A DNA stretch of 59,873 nucleotides, counting the filler, from Candidatus Woesearchaeota archaeon (GTDB taxonomy: Archaea > Nanobdellota > Nanobdellia > Woesearchaeales > ARS49): NCBI GenBank assembly GCA_016188265.1. It is 7 parts of 6 records of this genome, joined end to end, with 100 filler letters (N's around TTAATTAATTAA, not from the genome) between each part and the next. Parts side by side here need not be neighbours in the genome. Positions count along the whole stretch, not along the records: positions 20,998 to 31,915 come from JACPID010000007.1; positions 32,016 to 45,189 come from JACPID010000006.1; 5 more parts are not named here. One strand, 5' to 3'. Each line of letters begins with the position of its first letter. The first letter of the stretch is position 1. Of the stretch, positions 29,679-38,894 are shown one piece after another. The translations under genes were made by a program, and so were the position numbers. Under the pieces are notes generated by a model, which saw only the letters and a program-made list of their open reading frames with translations, was not told where the DNA came from and made no database searches.

Positions 29679-30836
29679 TTATTTCAGAGTGCTAATAATA
29701 TTGTTCATATTTTGTTCACTCATATTTTTCTTGTACTCTTTTGAACATTTTATTACCTGATTTATATCAATATTAAATCCTCTTTTATTTAGTGATCTTG
29801 CAACAAGAACAATATACTGGCCAAGTTGTGTTACATTTTTAGGATCTTGAGTATAATGGCATTTTTCAAAATCAATCATGACAATTTTCTTGCCAATAAT
29901 AACATGCTTTAATGGATGATGCATTTCCTCTTTATTAATTCCCAATTTATCCATCATAAAAGACTGTCTAAATATTTCTGAAACTACTTTTTGAATATCC
30001 TTTTTCTCAGCTGTTGGAAGCCAGTCTTTTATGTAAACACCTTCAACAAATTTGTAGGCAAGATAATTATTGCCTGAAAATAAATATCTTGGGCCTATGC
30101 TGTATTTGTTAAGTTTTTGCAAGAATTCAGTTTCATTTTTTATTCTTTCTTGAGCTTGACTTTCAGGATGCTTTACTTTCATTGCAATCTTTTTATTATC
30201 ATAACTTCCAGTAAAAATAATGCCTCGTTTGCCTTTTGAGAAATATCTAGTGTTAACTACTCCTTTACTTTCAAGATCCCTTAGCTCAGGTCTTTTTTCA
30301 AGCTTGTATACATACAATGTTTCAAAAAATAATCTTTTGGTCGATAATTGCTCAAATGTAAGCAAGTTATTAGTTATTAATTGCTCAACCATGTTTTTGT
30401 TGGAAAGTGAAGAAAAAACCAATAAGATAATGCCTTTTTCAGCAAGAAACTCATTAACTTGATTAAGAAACAATTGAATAACTTCATAACCTTTCTTTCC
30501 CCCTTCTAATGCAAGCCTTTGAATTTTGTGGTCTTGGGGCAAGTAAGGCGGGTTGAAAATTATTGTATCAAACTTAATTTTTTTTTTAAAAGAAGAAAAA
30601 AGATTTCCACAGATATAATTTATTTTTTCATGTTTACTATATTTTTTTGAGTACTCAATTGCTTTCTTATCAACATCAACAGCATAAACTTGTTTTACAT
30701 TTGCCAAATGAGCTGCAGCTAAAGCCTGAATTCCAGAACCAGTACCCATATCAAGAACAACCCCTTGAGCAAAACACCTAACTTGGTATTCAAGCATATA
30801 ACTATCTTCTCTTGGAGAATATACTTCGTCGATCAT
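29679..30836 (-). CDS. HemK2/N6AMT1-type methyltransferase fused to a C-terminal archaeal Ser/Thr kinase-like domain
   Basis: VYSPREDS, LDMGTGSG, FNPPY; then SKGKRG..F, IAMK, E..FL, NKEEMHHPLKHVI, IDFE. Confidence 0.8.
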   Translation of the reverse strand: MIDEVYSPREDSYMLEYQVRCFAQGVVLDMGTGSGIQALAAAHLANVKQVYAVDVDKKAIEYSKKYSKHEKINYICGNLFSSFKKKIKFDTIIFNPPYLPQDHKIQRLALEGGKKGYEVIQLFLNQVNEFLAEKGIILLVFSSLSNKNMVEQLITNNLLTFEQLSTKRLFFETLYVYKLEKRPELRDLESKGVVNTRYFSKGKRGIIFTGSYDNKKIAMKVKHPESQAQERIKNETEFLQKLNKYSIGPRYLFSGNNYLAYKFVEGVYIKDWLPTAEKKDIQKVVSEIFRQSFMMDKLGINKEEMHHPLKHVIIGKKIVMIDFEKCHYTQDPKNVTQLGQYIVLVARSLNKRGFNIDINQVIKCSKEYKKNMSEQNMNNIISTLK

Positions 30837-31282
30837 TCGTTTATTTTTTTTAAATATTCTTTAATTCTATCAAGAATTGATTTAAGATAATACTGTTCGA
30901 TTTTTTCTTCAAATAACTCCAAAAGATTAGCTTGTTCAGCAACACTATACTTATTCTGCTTGCTTTCAATAAATGAATAATTTTTCAATCTTCTTAAATG
31001 CCTTCTAATATTTGGAGAAGTTATTCCTAAAAGAGGAATTTTAAGCTTTTTTCTTTCTTCTTTAACAAGATCTTCAATTTCAACTGCTAATACAGGCTCT
31101 TTACTTTTAAGAATAACATGAAATACATCAACAATAGAATCCCTGCTATCGCCAGGATTAAGCAAGCCTAAGCTTAAACACAACTTTTTAACAAGATCTC
31201 TGCCTTCTAAATTATACGGCTTAGGATATTTTCTAAGAGTTATTTCTGCAAGAGGGGTATCACGAGCTACTTTTTTATCCAT
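30833..31282 (-). CDS. Hypothetical winged-helix-like protein
   Basis: GGAGGG RBS; EITLRKY...CLSLGLL.PGDSRD...NIRRHLRRLK. Confidence 0.65.
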   Translation of the reverse strand: MDKKVARDTPLAEITLRKYPKPYNLEGRDLVKKLCLSLGLLNPGDSRDSIVDVFHVILKSKEPVLAVEIEDLVKEERKKLKIPLLGITSPNIRRHLRRLKNYSFIESKQNKYSVAEQANLLELFEEKIEQYYLKSILDRIKEYLKKINE

Positions 31283-31332
31283 AAACCCTCCTGAGCAATT
31301 GTTGTATAAAAAGATTTGTAAACTAAAGTTTT

Positions 31333-31390
31333 GCGTTCGCATGAAATTCTTTGAATTTCAGCGCACACAAACTGCATTGCAGTTTGTCGT
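31333..31390. repeat. REP-like tandem hairpins
   Basis: TGAAATTC-TTT-GAATTTCA (31342-31360) and ACAAACTGCA-T-TGCAGTTTGT (31367-31387). Confidence 0.6.
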
Positions 31391-31438
31391 GTTTTATTAA
31401 AGCAAAATTTAAATAGTGGTTTTATTCAGAATCTTATA

Positions 31439-31819
31439 ATGCATGAAGTAACTACTTTTGAATTTATTTTAAATTGGCTGGTTATAGCCCTATACATTTT
31501 AATTATTTCCCTTGTTTTAAAAATGATGTATAAATCAAAAGAAGTTATTCCAAAAATATTTTTAATGATTTCTCTAGGTTTTCTTCCTAAGATTTTCTTT
31601 CACATTTTTGAAAGCTTGGCATATTTTAATTTAAATCTCCTTCCTTCACATGAAACATTACAATACGCCCTATTTAGGCATAGTACAGATTTTATTGCTC
31701 TTTTATCTGTTTTTTTATATTTTAACTGGTTTGATAAAAAATTCATAACACCAATTTACTCATTTTGTGAAAATCTTCTAAAACAAAAAAAATCTAATAA
31801 TAGAAAACGAAATAAATAA
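31439..31819 (+). CDS. Small membrane protein
   Basis: Three hydrophobic segments; TTTAAATA box upstream; stop falls inside repeat copy 2. Confidence 0.65.
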   Translation: MHEVTTFEFILNWLVIALYILIISLVLKMMYKSKEVIPKIFLMISLGFLPKIFFHIFESLAYFNLNLLPSHETLQYALFRHSTDFIALLSVFLYFNWFDKKFITPIYSFCENLLKQKKSNNRKRNK

Positions 31820-31889
31820 TAGGACAATAGTTTCGTTTTCTAAATAGTGCGCGCCATAAAGAGTGTCCTACAAATTATGGCGCGTACTA
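31799..31889 (+). repeat. 91-bp two-hairpin element, copy 2
   Basis: Direct repeat of 26739-26829; contig ends 26 nt later. Confidence 0.9.
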
Positions 31890-31915
31890 TAAGCAAAAAC
31901 CGTTAACTGGCAAAT

Positions 31916-32015
31916 NNNNNNNNNNNNNNNNNNNNNNNNNNNNNNNNNNNNNNNNNNNNTTAATTAATTAANNNNNNNNNNNNNNNNNNNNNNNNNNNNN
32001 NNNNNNNNNNNNNNN
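31916..32015. other. Artificial contig linker
   Basis: 100 nt of N with TTAATTAATTAA. Confidence 0.99.
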
Positions 32016-32250
32016 TTTCCTATTTTATAGCTATTAATCGCGCAAGAATGCTTTGATTGCGCAACTACATTAACTTTTGAAATGTCAAATTGTTTCAAGT
32101 CAGAAAATTTAGACAGCTCGCTCTTCTCAAAATAAGAATCAATGCCTCTGCCATCAAGACATCCTTCAGATAGCACAAAATAAATTATGAAAAAACCCAC
32201 AATAACTAATATACCATACAGTGTGATTTTTTTCTATTCTTTTTCTGCAT
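32016..32250 (-). CDS. Single-TM hypothetical protein, 3'-truncated, apparent frameshift in an A7 run near the start
   Basis: MQKKNRKK joins ITLYGILVIVGFFIIYFVLSEG... if one A is added at 32227-32233. Confidence 0.4.
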
Positions 32251-32279
32251 TCTCAATTATATCCAAATTTTACGCATAT

Positions 32280-32351
32280 AAATTCTTTTGTTTTTCTTCC
32301 AGTTCCCTCTACAATGTTCATTGGCATGGAATATGTTGCTCTCCATAGTTG
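32280..32351 (-). pseudogene. Remnant of a four-helix-bundle (23S rRNA IVP / bAvd-like) gene
   Basis: QLWRATYSMPMNIVEGTGRKTKEF resembles family core QLRRAAxSIPxNIAEGxGR; bounded by in-frame stops. Confidence 0.55.
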
Positions 32352-32502
32352 TTATTTTACAGCTCTTATATTTCTTCTTAATCATGCTTGCTAACAGCTT
32401 TCAACAAACTCTTCAACTTACTCTCAGAAAGTCCACTCAACCCACCACCTAACGACCCACAATCGTCACCATCAACTACAGACCACAAACCACCAACCAA
32501 AC

Positions 32503-32574
32503 TGGACTCGCCGGGATTTGAACCCGGAGTCTTTCCAATGCGAATGGAAAATTTTACCATTAAACTACAAGCCC
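32503..32574 (-). tRNA. tRNA-Ala(CGC)
   Basis: GGGCTTG/CGAGTCC-A acceptor with G3.U70, anticodon arm TTCCA-TT CGC AT-TGGAA, T-arm GGTTCAAATCC; CCA not encoded. Confidence 0.95.
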
Positions 32575-32580
32575 AGAATC

Positions 32581-33798
32581 TTAGTGTTTAAAATTTCTTC
32601 CAAATTTGTAGTAAGTTTCTCTGTTTCTGAATTTACTTCTTCCTTGACTAAACTTAAAAGGTTTGTTAAATTGTGGTTTTGGCATTTCTATTTTTTTAAA
32701 ATCAGGCAAAGGCCGTTTTTCTATTTTTAATGATCTGTCATCTAAGACACGATTGAAATTATTATAGTCGCGTTCTTCTAGAAGATTTATTGCAATCCCT
32801 GCATGACCTATTCTTGCTGTTCTTCCAATTCTGTGAATGTATTCATGGGATGTTTTTGGTATTGAATAATTGATAATATGCGTTAAATGTTTAACATCTA
32901 TTCCTCTTGCAGCAACATCACTTGCTACTAGAACATTTATTTTGCCAGCTTTAAAGTCGTCCATTATATTGTTTCTTTTGTTTTGACTTAAGCCTCCGTG
33001 CAATGCAACTGCTTCAATTCCTTGTTTTGCCAGATTTTTTGCAACAATATGTGTTTCAGTTCTTGTTCCGCAAAAAACTAGCGCTAATTCAGGTTTTTCT
33101 TCTTTTATTAAATGCACAAGCAATGAAAATTTTTCATTTCTTCTGACATTGTAATAAATTTGCTGCAATGTTTTTGCTGAAATGTGCGTGCTGGTCTTAA
33201 CTTTAGCAGGATTGTTCATAAATCTTGAAGCAATTTTTTGAACTTCATTACTAATTGTTGCGCTAAAAATAATCATTTGCTTATTTCTAGATGTGAATTT
33301 AAGTATAGCATTAACATCTTCTACAAAACCCATCTCAAACATTTTATCTGCTTCATCCAACACACAAAATTTTATATCAGACAAAGATAAGGTTCTTCTA
33401 CGTAAATGATCCAGAACTCTGCCAGGTGTTCCAACTATTATGTCTGCTTTAGGTATATTGTCAATTTGAGGATTAATGCTCACCCCGCCGTAAATCACAA
33501 CTATTTTTACAGGCTTATATTTTGAGAAAGAAGCTAAATTTCGCGCAATCTGATCAGTTAATTCTCTTGTAGGTGCAAGGATTATTGCCTGCAAAGAACT
33601 TATTGGTTTGACCTTTTCAAGAATTGGCAGTCCAAAAGCAGCTGTTTTTCCTGAACCAGTTTCTGACTGGCCGATTAAATCTTTTCCCTCTCGTATTATT
33701 GGAATTGCTTGCTGTTGTATTGGTGTTGGTTCTTCAAAACCAAGTTCATCTACTGCTCTTTGAATGGGAGCTTCTAAATTTAATTCATTATATTTCAT
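32581..33798 (-). CDS. DEAD-box RNA helicase
   Basis: Q motif GFEEPTPIQ, GSGKT, PTREL, TPGR, DEAD, SAT, ARGID, HRIGRTAR. Confidence 0.96.
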   Translation of the reverse strand: MKYNELNLEAPIQRAVDELGFEEPTPIQQQAIPIIREGKDLIGQSETGSGKTAAFGLPILEKVKPISSLQAIILAPTRELTDQIARNLASFSKYKPVKIVVIYGGVSINPQIDNIPKADIIVGTPGRVLDHLRRRTLSLSDIKFCVLDEADKMFEMGFVEDVNAILKFTSRNKQMIIFSATISNEVQKIASRFMNNPAKVKTSTHISAKTLQQIYYNVRRNEKFSLLVHLIKEEKPELALVFCGTRTETHIVAKNLAKQGIEAVALHGGLSQNKRNNIMDDFKAGKINVLVASDVAARGIDVKHLTHIINYSIPKTSHEYIHRIGRTARIGHAGIAINLLEERDYNNFNRVLDDRSLKIEKRPLPDFKKIEMPKPQFNKPFKFSQGRSKFRNRETYYKFGRNFKH

Positions 33799-34070
33799 TT
33801 ATTCACTGAAGTCTATACTTTCATGGATCAAAGATAACTCTTTGAAACTGTAAAAGCCAGTTGTTCTGGCACTAAAAAAATAGCATTCTCCACGAAGTAT
33901 TTTAAGTAACCTGAATCTGACTTTTAATATTAGATCTTCTTGATATTTTAAAAATCAATGGTATTTATAAACCTTTTGGTTAGACAAACTATTTTATGTG
34001 TTACTTTTGTCTTTTTCTTTTTACACGACACAATATTTATAAATTCAGCATTTATTTATTTTGCTGATGA

Positions 34071-35315
34071 ATGATAATGGTAGAAAACACAAGCCTAATT
34101 ATTTTAGCAGTGCTTTTGGGATTGTCAGCGCTATTTTCTGCAAGTGAAACAGCATTTTACTCAGTAAGTAAAATAAAAGTAAAAGATTTAGTTCAACAAA
34201 AGCGCAAGGGTTCACTTGCACTTACAAGACTAAAAGACAATCAAAAACGCCTTTTAACAACAATTTTAATAGGCAATAACCTTGTAAATATAGGCGCTTC
34301 TGCACTGGCAACAGTCATTACAACACAATCTTTTGGATTAAAAGGAGTTGGAATTGCAACAGGAGTAATGACTTTGTTAATTCTTACTTTTGGTGAAATA
34401 ATTCCTAAAAGTTTAGCTACAATTAATTCAGAAAAAATTGCTTTACTTCTGGCAAGACCTATAGAATTATTGATGTATTTGCTTTATCCGGTAATACTTG
34501 TAATGGAAAATATCATTAAATACACGCATAAACTATTGGGAGTTGAAAAAGAAATGCCTTTGATAACAGAACAAGAAATTAAAACAATGATAAGATTAGG
34601 GGCTGAAGAAAAAGTCATTGAAAGAAAAGAAAAAGAACTTCTTGAGAGCGTTCTTGAATTTAATGACATAACTGCTTCTGAAGTGCTCACTCCTAGAATT
34701 AAAATGTTTTGTTTAAGTGAAACTTTAACATTACAAGAATCACTGCCAATAATAATAAAAGAAGGATTTTCCAGAATTCCACTATTTAGGTCTACTAAAG
34801 ACAAAATTACAGGAATTGTTCACGTGAAAGATGTAATTAAAGGACTTCAATCAAAAGAGGCTTTGCAATTAAAAGACATTTCACAAAAACCATTTTTTGT
34901 TTCTAAAGAAACAATATTAAGCGAATTGTTTAAAGAATTCCAGTCAAAACATATGCACATGGCAATTGTTGTAGATGAATTTGGAGGAACAGCAGGTCTT
35001 GTAACACTTGAGGATTTATTAGAAGAAATTGTTGGAGAAATTATGGATGAAAAAGATCTTTCACCAACAGCAATAATGCGAATTGACAAAAACACAATAA
35101 TCGTGCACGGTGATACAGAAATTGATAAGATCAACAATTTTTTAAACGTAGAAATACCAATTAAAAAAAACTATATCACAATATCTGGATTTTTACATTA
35201 CTTGTTCAAGTCAATACCTAAAATAGGAATATCAAAAGAATATAAGGATATTACATTTACAGTTGAAGAAGTTGTAGAAAATAAACCATTTAAAATAAAA
35301 ATAAAAAAAATATAA
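34071..35315 (+). CDS. CNNM/DUF21-CBS-CorC (hemolysin family) membrane protein
   Basis: FSASETA, ILIGNNLVN, FGEIIPK, FSRIP, VDEFGGTAGLVTLEDLLEEIVGEI. Confidence 0.93.
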   Translation: MIMVENTSLIILAVLLGLSALFSASETAFYSVSKIKVKDLVQQKRKGSLALTRLKDNQKRLLTTILIGNNLVNIGASALATVITTQSFGLKGVGIATGVMTLLILTFGEIIPKSLATINSEKIALLLARPIELLMYLLYPVILVMENIIKYTHKLLGVEKEMPLITEQEIKTMIRLGAEEKVIERKEKELLESVLEFNDITASEVLTPRIKMFCLSETLTLQESLPIIIKEGFSRIPLFRSTKDKITGIVHVKDVIKGLQSKEALQLKDISQKPFFVSKETILSELFKEFQSKHMHMAIVVDEFGGTAGLVTLEDLLEEIVGEIMDEKDLSPTAIMRIDKNTIIVHGDTEIDKINNFLNVEIPIKKNYITISGFLHYLFKSIPKIGISKEYKDITFTVEEVVENKPFKIKIKKI

Positions 35316-35392
35316 AAAAATCCCCTTGATCTTTAGTGCGTTCATGTTTTGCACACTACAAGTTTATAAACTTTTCTTTTTTAAGATTTAAC

Positions 35393-36340
35393 ATGCATAA
35401 ACTTCAATTGTTTCCAAATGCAAAAGAAATACAATTCAAGCCTGCATTTGCACAAAGATATTCAAAACTCACTGACTGGGAAACATATAAAAAATATTCA
35501 TTATCATTTTTAAGAAAATCAATAAGAATAAACACTTTAAAATCAAGCATAGAAGAAGTAAAAAAACGCCTTATAAACTGGGAATTTACACAAATCCCGT
35601 GGTGCAAAGAGGGTTTCTGGGTAGAACACAAAAAAGGACGATTAGACATTGGAAATACAGTTGAACATAGTTTAGGATATTATTATGTGCAAGAAGCTGC
35701 ATCTATGATACCGCCAATTGTTTTAGAACCAAAAAAAGAAGACCTAATTTTAGACCTATGCGCATCCCCTGGATCAAAAACAACACAAATAGGGCAGTTA
35801 ATGAATAATACGGGAATAATAATTGCAAATGATATAAGCGGAGAACGCTTAGCTGCTTTAGGAACAAATATTCAAAGAATAGGTTTAACAAACTGCATTA
35901 TAACTCAACAAAAAGGAGAATATTTCAAAAGTTTTAGTTTTGACAAAATTTTAGTTGATGCACCTTGTTCAGGAACAGGAACAATAAGAAAAAGCCCAGG
36001 AACCTTAAAAATATGGAATCCTATTATGATAACAAGATTAGCAGGATTGCAAAAAAAAATTTTAGCAAATTCATTTTCACTTTTAAAACCAAAAGGAATA
36101 CTTGTGTACAGCACATGTTCAAATGAGCCTGAAGAAAATGAAGGCGTTGTAGATTTTTTATTATCACAAGAGAGTACAGCAAGTTTAGAAAAAATAACAT
36201 TAGACATTAAAGGCAGCAAGCCTGTTGAAGAATTTGAAGGCCAGAAATATAATCCAGAAATAAAAAATTGCCTTCGCTTATGGCCTCAAGATGAAGATAC
36301 TGAAGGCTTTTTTGTAGCTAAGTTTGTAAAGAAAAAATAA
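35393..36340 (+). CDS. RsmB/NOP2 family RNA m5C methyltransferase
   Basis: QEAASM, DLCASPGSKT, DAPCSGTG, YSTCS, EENE, EGFF. Confidence 0.94.
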   Translation: MHKLQLFPNAKEIQFKPAFAQRYSKLTDWETYKKYSLSFLRKSIRINTLKSSIEEVKKRLINWEFTQIPWCKEGFWVEHKKGRLDIGNTVEHSLGYYYVQEAASMIPPIVLEPKKEDLILDLCASPGSKTTQIGQLMNNTGIIIANDISGERLAALGTNIQRIGLTNCIITQQKGEYFKSFSFDKILVDAPCSGTGTIRKSPGTLKIWNPIMITRLAGLQKKILANSFSLLKPKGILVYSTCSNEPEENEGVVDFLLSQESTASLEKITLDIKGSKPVEEFEGQKYNPEIKNCLRLWPQDEDTEGFFVAKFVKKK

Positions 36341-36927
36341 TAAACTGCAGCTCCTAAAAAAATTCCAGCCATCACATCAGCAAAATAATGCTGTTTAATA
36401 AATATTGTTGACAGAATTATCAGCAATGCAGGAATAAAAAAAATCATGCCTAATTTTTTTTTAAAAAAAGATAAAATTAATAGATTTAAAACAGTTATTG
36501 AAACATGAAGGCTTGGAAGTGTGTTAAAAGGAGGATCTAATCGATATATAAAATGAACTATTGATGTTAAAAAATTTGTAGGCTGAACATCAGGGCGTAT
36601 AATTTTTATCGGCATTAGAATATAGATAATATTGCTTAATAATAAAATAAGTGAGATAGCTAATGCGCATCTTCTATAAAGTTTAATATTATTCCACGTA
36701 AAAAATAAAGGCAAAAATAAAAATAAAAAGTACAAATTATAAGGTATGACAAAAATTTCTAAAAAAGGCGCTTTATTTGTTAATGAATTACTAAAAAAAG
36801 TCCAAGACAATCCTGGAGAAATTTTAATAACAACACTATTAATGTAAAATAATAAGCAAATAAGCACCAGCAACCACAATTTTTCAGCTTTTCTAAAATT
36901 AAAAAATAAGTTCTTACCCATAAACAC
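36286..36927 (-). CDS. PAP2-superfamily membrane phosphatase/phosphotransferase
   Basis: PFNTLPSLHV and KQHYFADV motifs, multiple TMs. Confidence 0.85.
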   Translation of the reverse strand: MFMGKNLFFNFRKAEKLWLLVLICLLFYINSVVIKISPGLSWTFFSNSLTNKAPFLEIFVIPYNLYFLFLFLPLFFTWNNIKLYRRCALAISLILLLSNIIYILMPIKIIRPDVQPTNFLTSIVHFIYRLDPPFNTLPSLHVSITVLNLLILSFFKKKLGMIFFIPALLIILSTIFIKQHYFADVMAGIFLGAAVYYFFFTNLATKKPSVSSS

Positions 36928-37921
36928 TATTAATTATGGACTTTTTTAAAAACATTTTGATATTTTCAATTGTTGTATCAATAATTCTTTTGAGAGCTTC
37001 TTCAGAATTAAATGCATTATGAGGAGTTATAAGGACATTTTCGTGCTGTAATAACATGTGTTCTTGCAAGACAGTTTCAACGTCGCAAGTTTTTTGAAAT
37101 ATTTTTGAAAGCAACTGCTTTTCTTCCTTAACAGCACATTCTTCTTCAAGAACATCCAAACCAACACTGCATAATTTTCCAGATTGAAGCCCTTCAAGAA
37201 TAGCCTTTGTTTCTATAAGGCCACCTCTTGCTGTGTTTAAAAGAATAGTCCCTTTTTTAATAAGTTTCATATTTTTACTATCAAGCAAATGATGATTTTT
37301 TTTAGTATAAGGGGCATGCAAGGTAATTATATCTGATTTTTTAAGAAGAGTATTGAGAGAAACATATTCAAAATTCATTTCTTCAGCACATAACTTATCT
37401 GGAGCTGGATCTGTGGCAATAACATTCATATCAAATCCTTTAGCAATTTTTATAACCCATTTTCCTATTTTTCCAGTTCCAATAACTCCTAAAGTTTTTT
37501 CTTTTAAATCAATTCCCCTCAAACCTGTTAAATCAAAATTACCTTTTCTTGTTCTTTCAACACTTTTAACAATATTTCTAGTTAATGCAAGCAGCAATGC
37601 AAATGTGTGCTCTGCAACAGTATTAACTCCATATGCAGGAACATTGCAAACAGTAATATTTCTTTTTTTACAAGCGCTTAAATCAATATGATCAAATCCA
37701 GTTGACATTGTAGTAATTAATTTAAGCTTAGGAAGTTTTTTTAGAATCTTCTCGTCAATAACTGAATAAATAAATATTCCAATTACCTCTGTATTTTTTA
37801 GCTTAATTAAATGTTTTTCAGTGAGGTGTTCATCAAAAAACAAAAGCTTATGCTTGCTAAGAGCTCTTTTAACAAGTTCTTTTTCCCAAGGTTCAAGTTC
37901 AAAAAAAGCAATCACAACCAT
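36914..37921 (-). CDS. D-2-hydroxyacid (D-lactate-type) dehydrogenase
   Basis: STGFDHID, VAEH, GVIGTGKIG, LNTARG, LDVLEEE, ITPHNAF. Confidence 0.92.
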   Translation of the reverse strand: MVVIAFFELEPWEKELVKRALSKHKLLFFDEHLTEKHLIKLKNTEVIGIFIYSVIDEKILKKLPKLKLITTMSTGFDHIDLSACKKRNITVCNVPAYGVNTVAEHTFALLLALTRNIVKSVERTRKGNFDLTGLRGIDLKEKTLGVIGTGKIGKWVIKIAKGFDMNVIATDPAPDKLCAEEMNFEYVSLNTLLKKSDIITLHAPYTKKNHHLLDSKNMKLIKKGTILLNTARGGLIETKAILEGLQSGKLCSVGLDVLEEECAVKEEKQLLSKIFQKTCDVETVLQEHMLLQHENVLITPHNAFNSEEALKRIIDTTIENIKMFLKKSIINSVYG

Positions 37922-38018
37922 TATTCATTATTATTAAAAAAAAACACTTTTTAATACTTTCTTTTTTTATTCAGATGCAACACAAGTATTTAAAAATAAC
38001 TTAGACATATCTGGTAGC

Positions 38019-38843
38019 ATGATAAAAGAATTAACATTTCCAATTGAGGAAGTTATACAAGAAACTGAAGATACTGTTACATTAAGATTAAAAAAAACAC
38101 AACAATTTGATTACTTTCCAGGCCAGTTCATAACTATTGATATTAGACAATTTAAAGAACAAGAAACTGAAGATACTGTTACATTAAGATTAAAAAAAAC
38201 ACAACAATTTGATTACTTTCCAGGCCAGTTCATAACTATTGATATTAGACAATTTAAAGAATTAGAAAATATTGAAAGAGGGAAAAAAGTCGGCCCAAGA
38301 GCATACTCAATAGGCAGTTCACCTACTAGAGATCATGTTGATATTACTGTAAAAAAAGAAGATAAAGGAAGATTTTCTGTATGGATTGTTGAAGAAAAAC
38401 CCTTAAAAAAAGGAGATTTTGTAACTTTTAAAGGACCTTGGGGGCATTTTATATATGAAGAAAACTATGGTGATGTTGTTTTAATTGGCGCAGGAAGCGG
38501 AATTGTCCCATTAAAAACAATACTTGAATACATTGCTGATAAAAAATTAAAAGCTTCAGCCACACTATTGTACTCAAATAAAACTCAAAAAGACATCATC
38601 TACAAAAAAGAACTAGATTCAATTAATTCTTCAAATGTAAAAATTCATTACACATTAACACAAGAACAATGGAATGGAAGAACTGGAAGAATAAATGAAC
38701 AAATGATCAAAGAATGTGTTGGTGATTTACAAAACAAAAGATATTACTTATGTGGACCTATGATTTTTGCTAAAGAAATAAAAGAAATATTAATTAAAAA
38801 AAATGTTAAGCAAGAATTAATAAAAGTTGAAGCCTGGGGATAA
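38019..38843 (+). CDS. FNR-family FAD/NAD(P)-binding oxidoreductase with 34-aa tandem duplication
   Basis: PGQF, RAYSIGS, GPWGHF, GAGSGIVP, YLCGP, EAWG. Confidence 0.9.
   Translation: MIKELTFPIEEVIQETEDTVTLRLKKTQQFDYFPGQFITIDIRQFKEQETEDTVTLRLKKTQQFDYFPGQFITIDIRQFKELENIERGKKVGPRAYSIGSSPTRDHVDITVKKEDKGRFSVWIVEEKPLKKGDFVTFKGPWGHFIYEENYGDVVLIGAGSGIVPLKTILEYIADKKLKASATLLYSNKTQKDIIYKKELDSINSSNVKIHYTLTQEQWNGRTGRINEQMIKECVGDLQNKRYYLCGPMIFAKEIKEILIKKNVKQELIKVEAWG
38058..38261 (+). repeat. Perfect in-frame 102-bp tandem duplication
   Basis: 38058-38159 identical to 38160-38261. Confidence 0.95.
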
Positions 38844-38894
38844 ACCAGTCTGCACTGGTAAAAGTTTATAAATTCTAATATTTAATGATAAAAT

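Noticed and set aside
26739..31889. CRISPR array or DGR template/variable repeat pair
   Set aside because: Only two 91-bp copies 5 kb apart, no spacers, differences not adenine-specific, and no cas or reverse transcriptase gene in the window
32378..32730. Short ORFs overlapping tRNA-Ala
   Set aside because: Shadow ORFs over the tRNA, the low-complexity tract and the helicase gene
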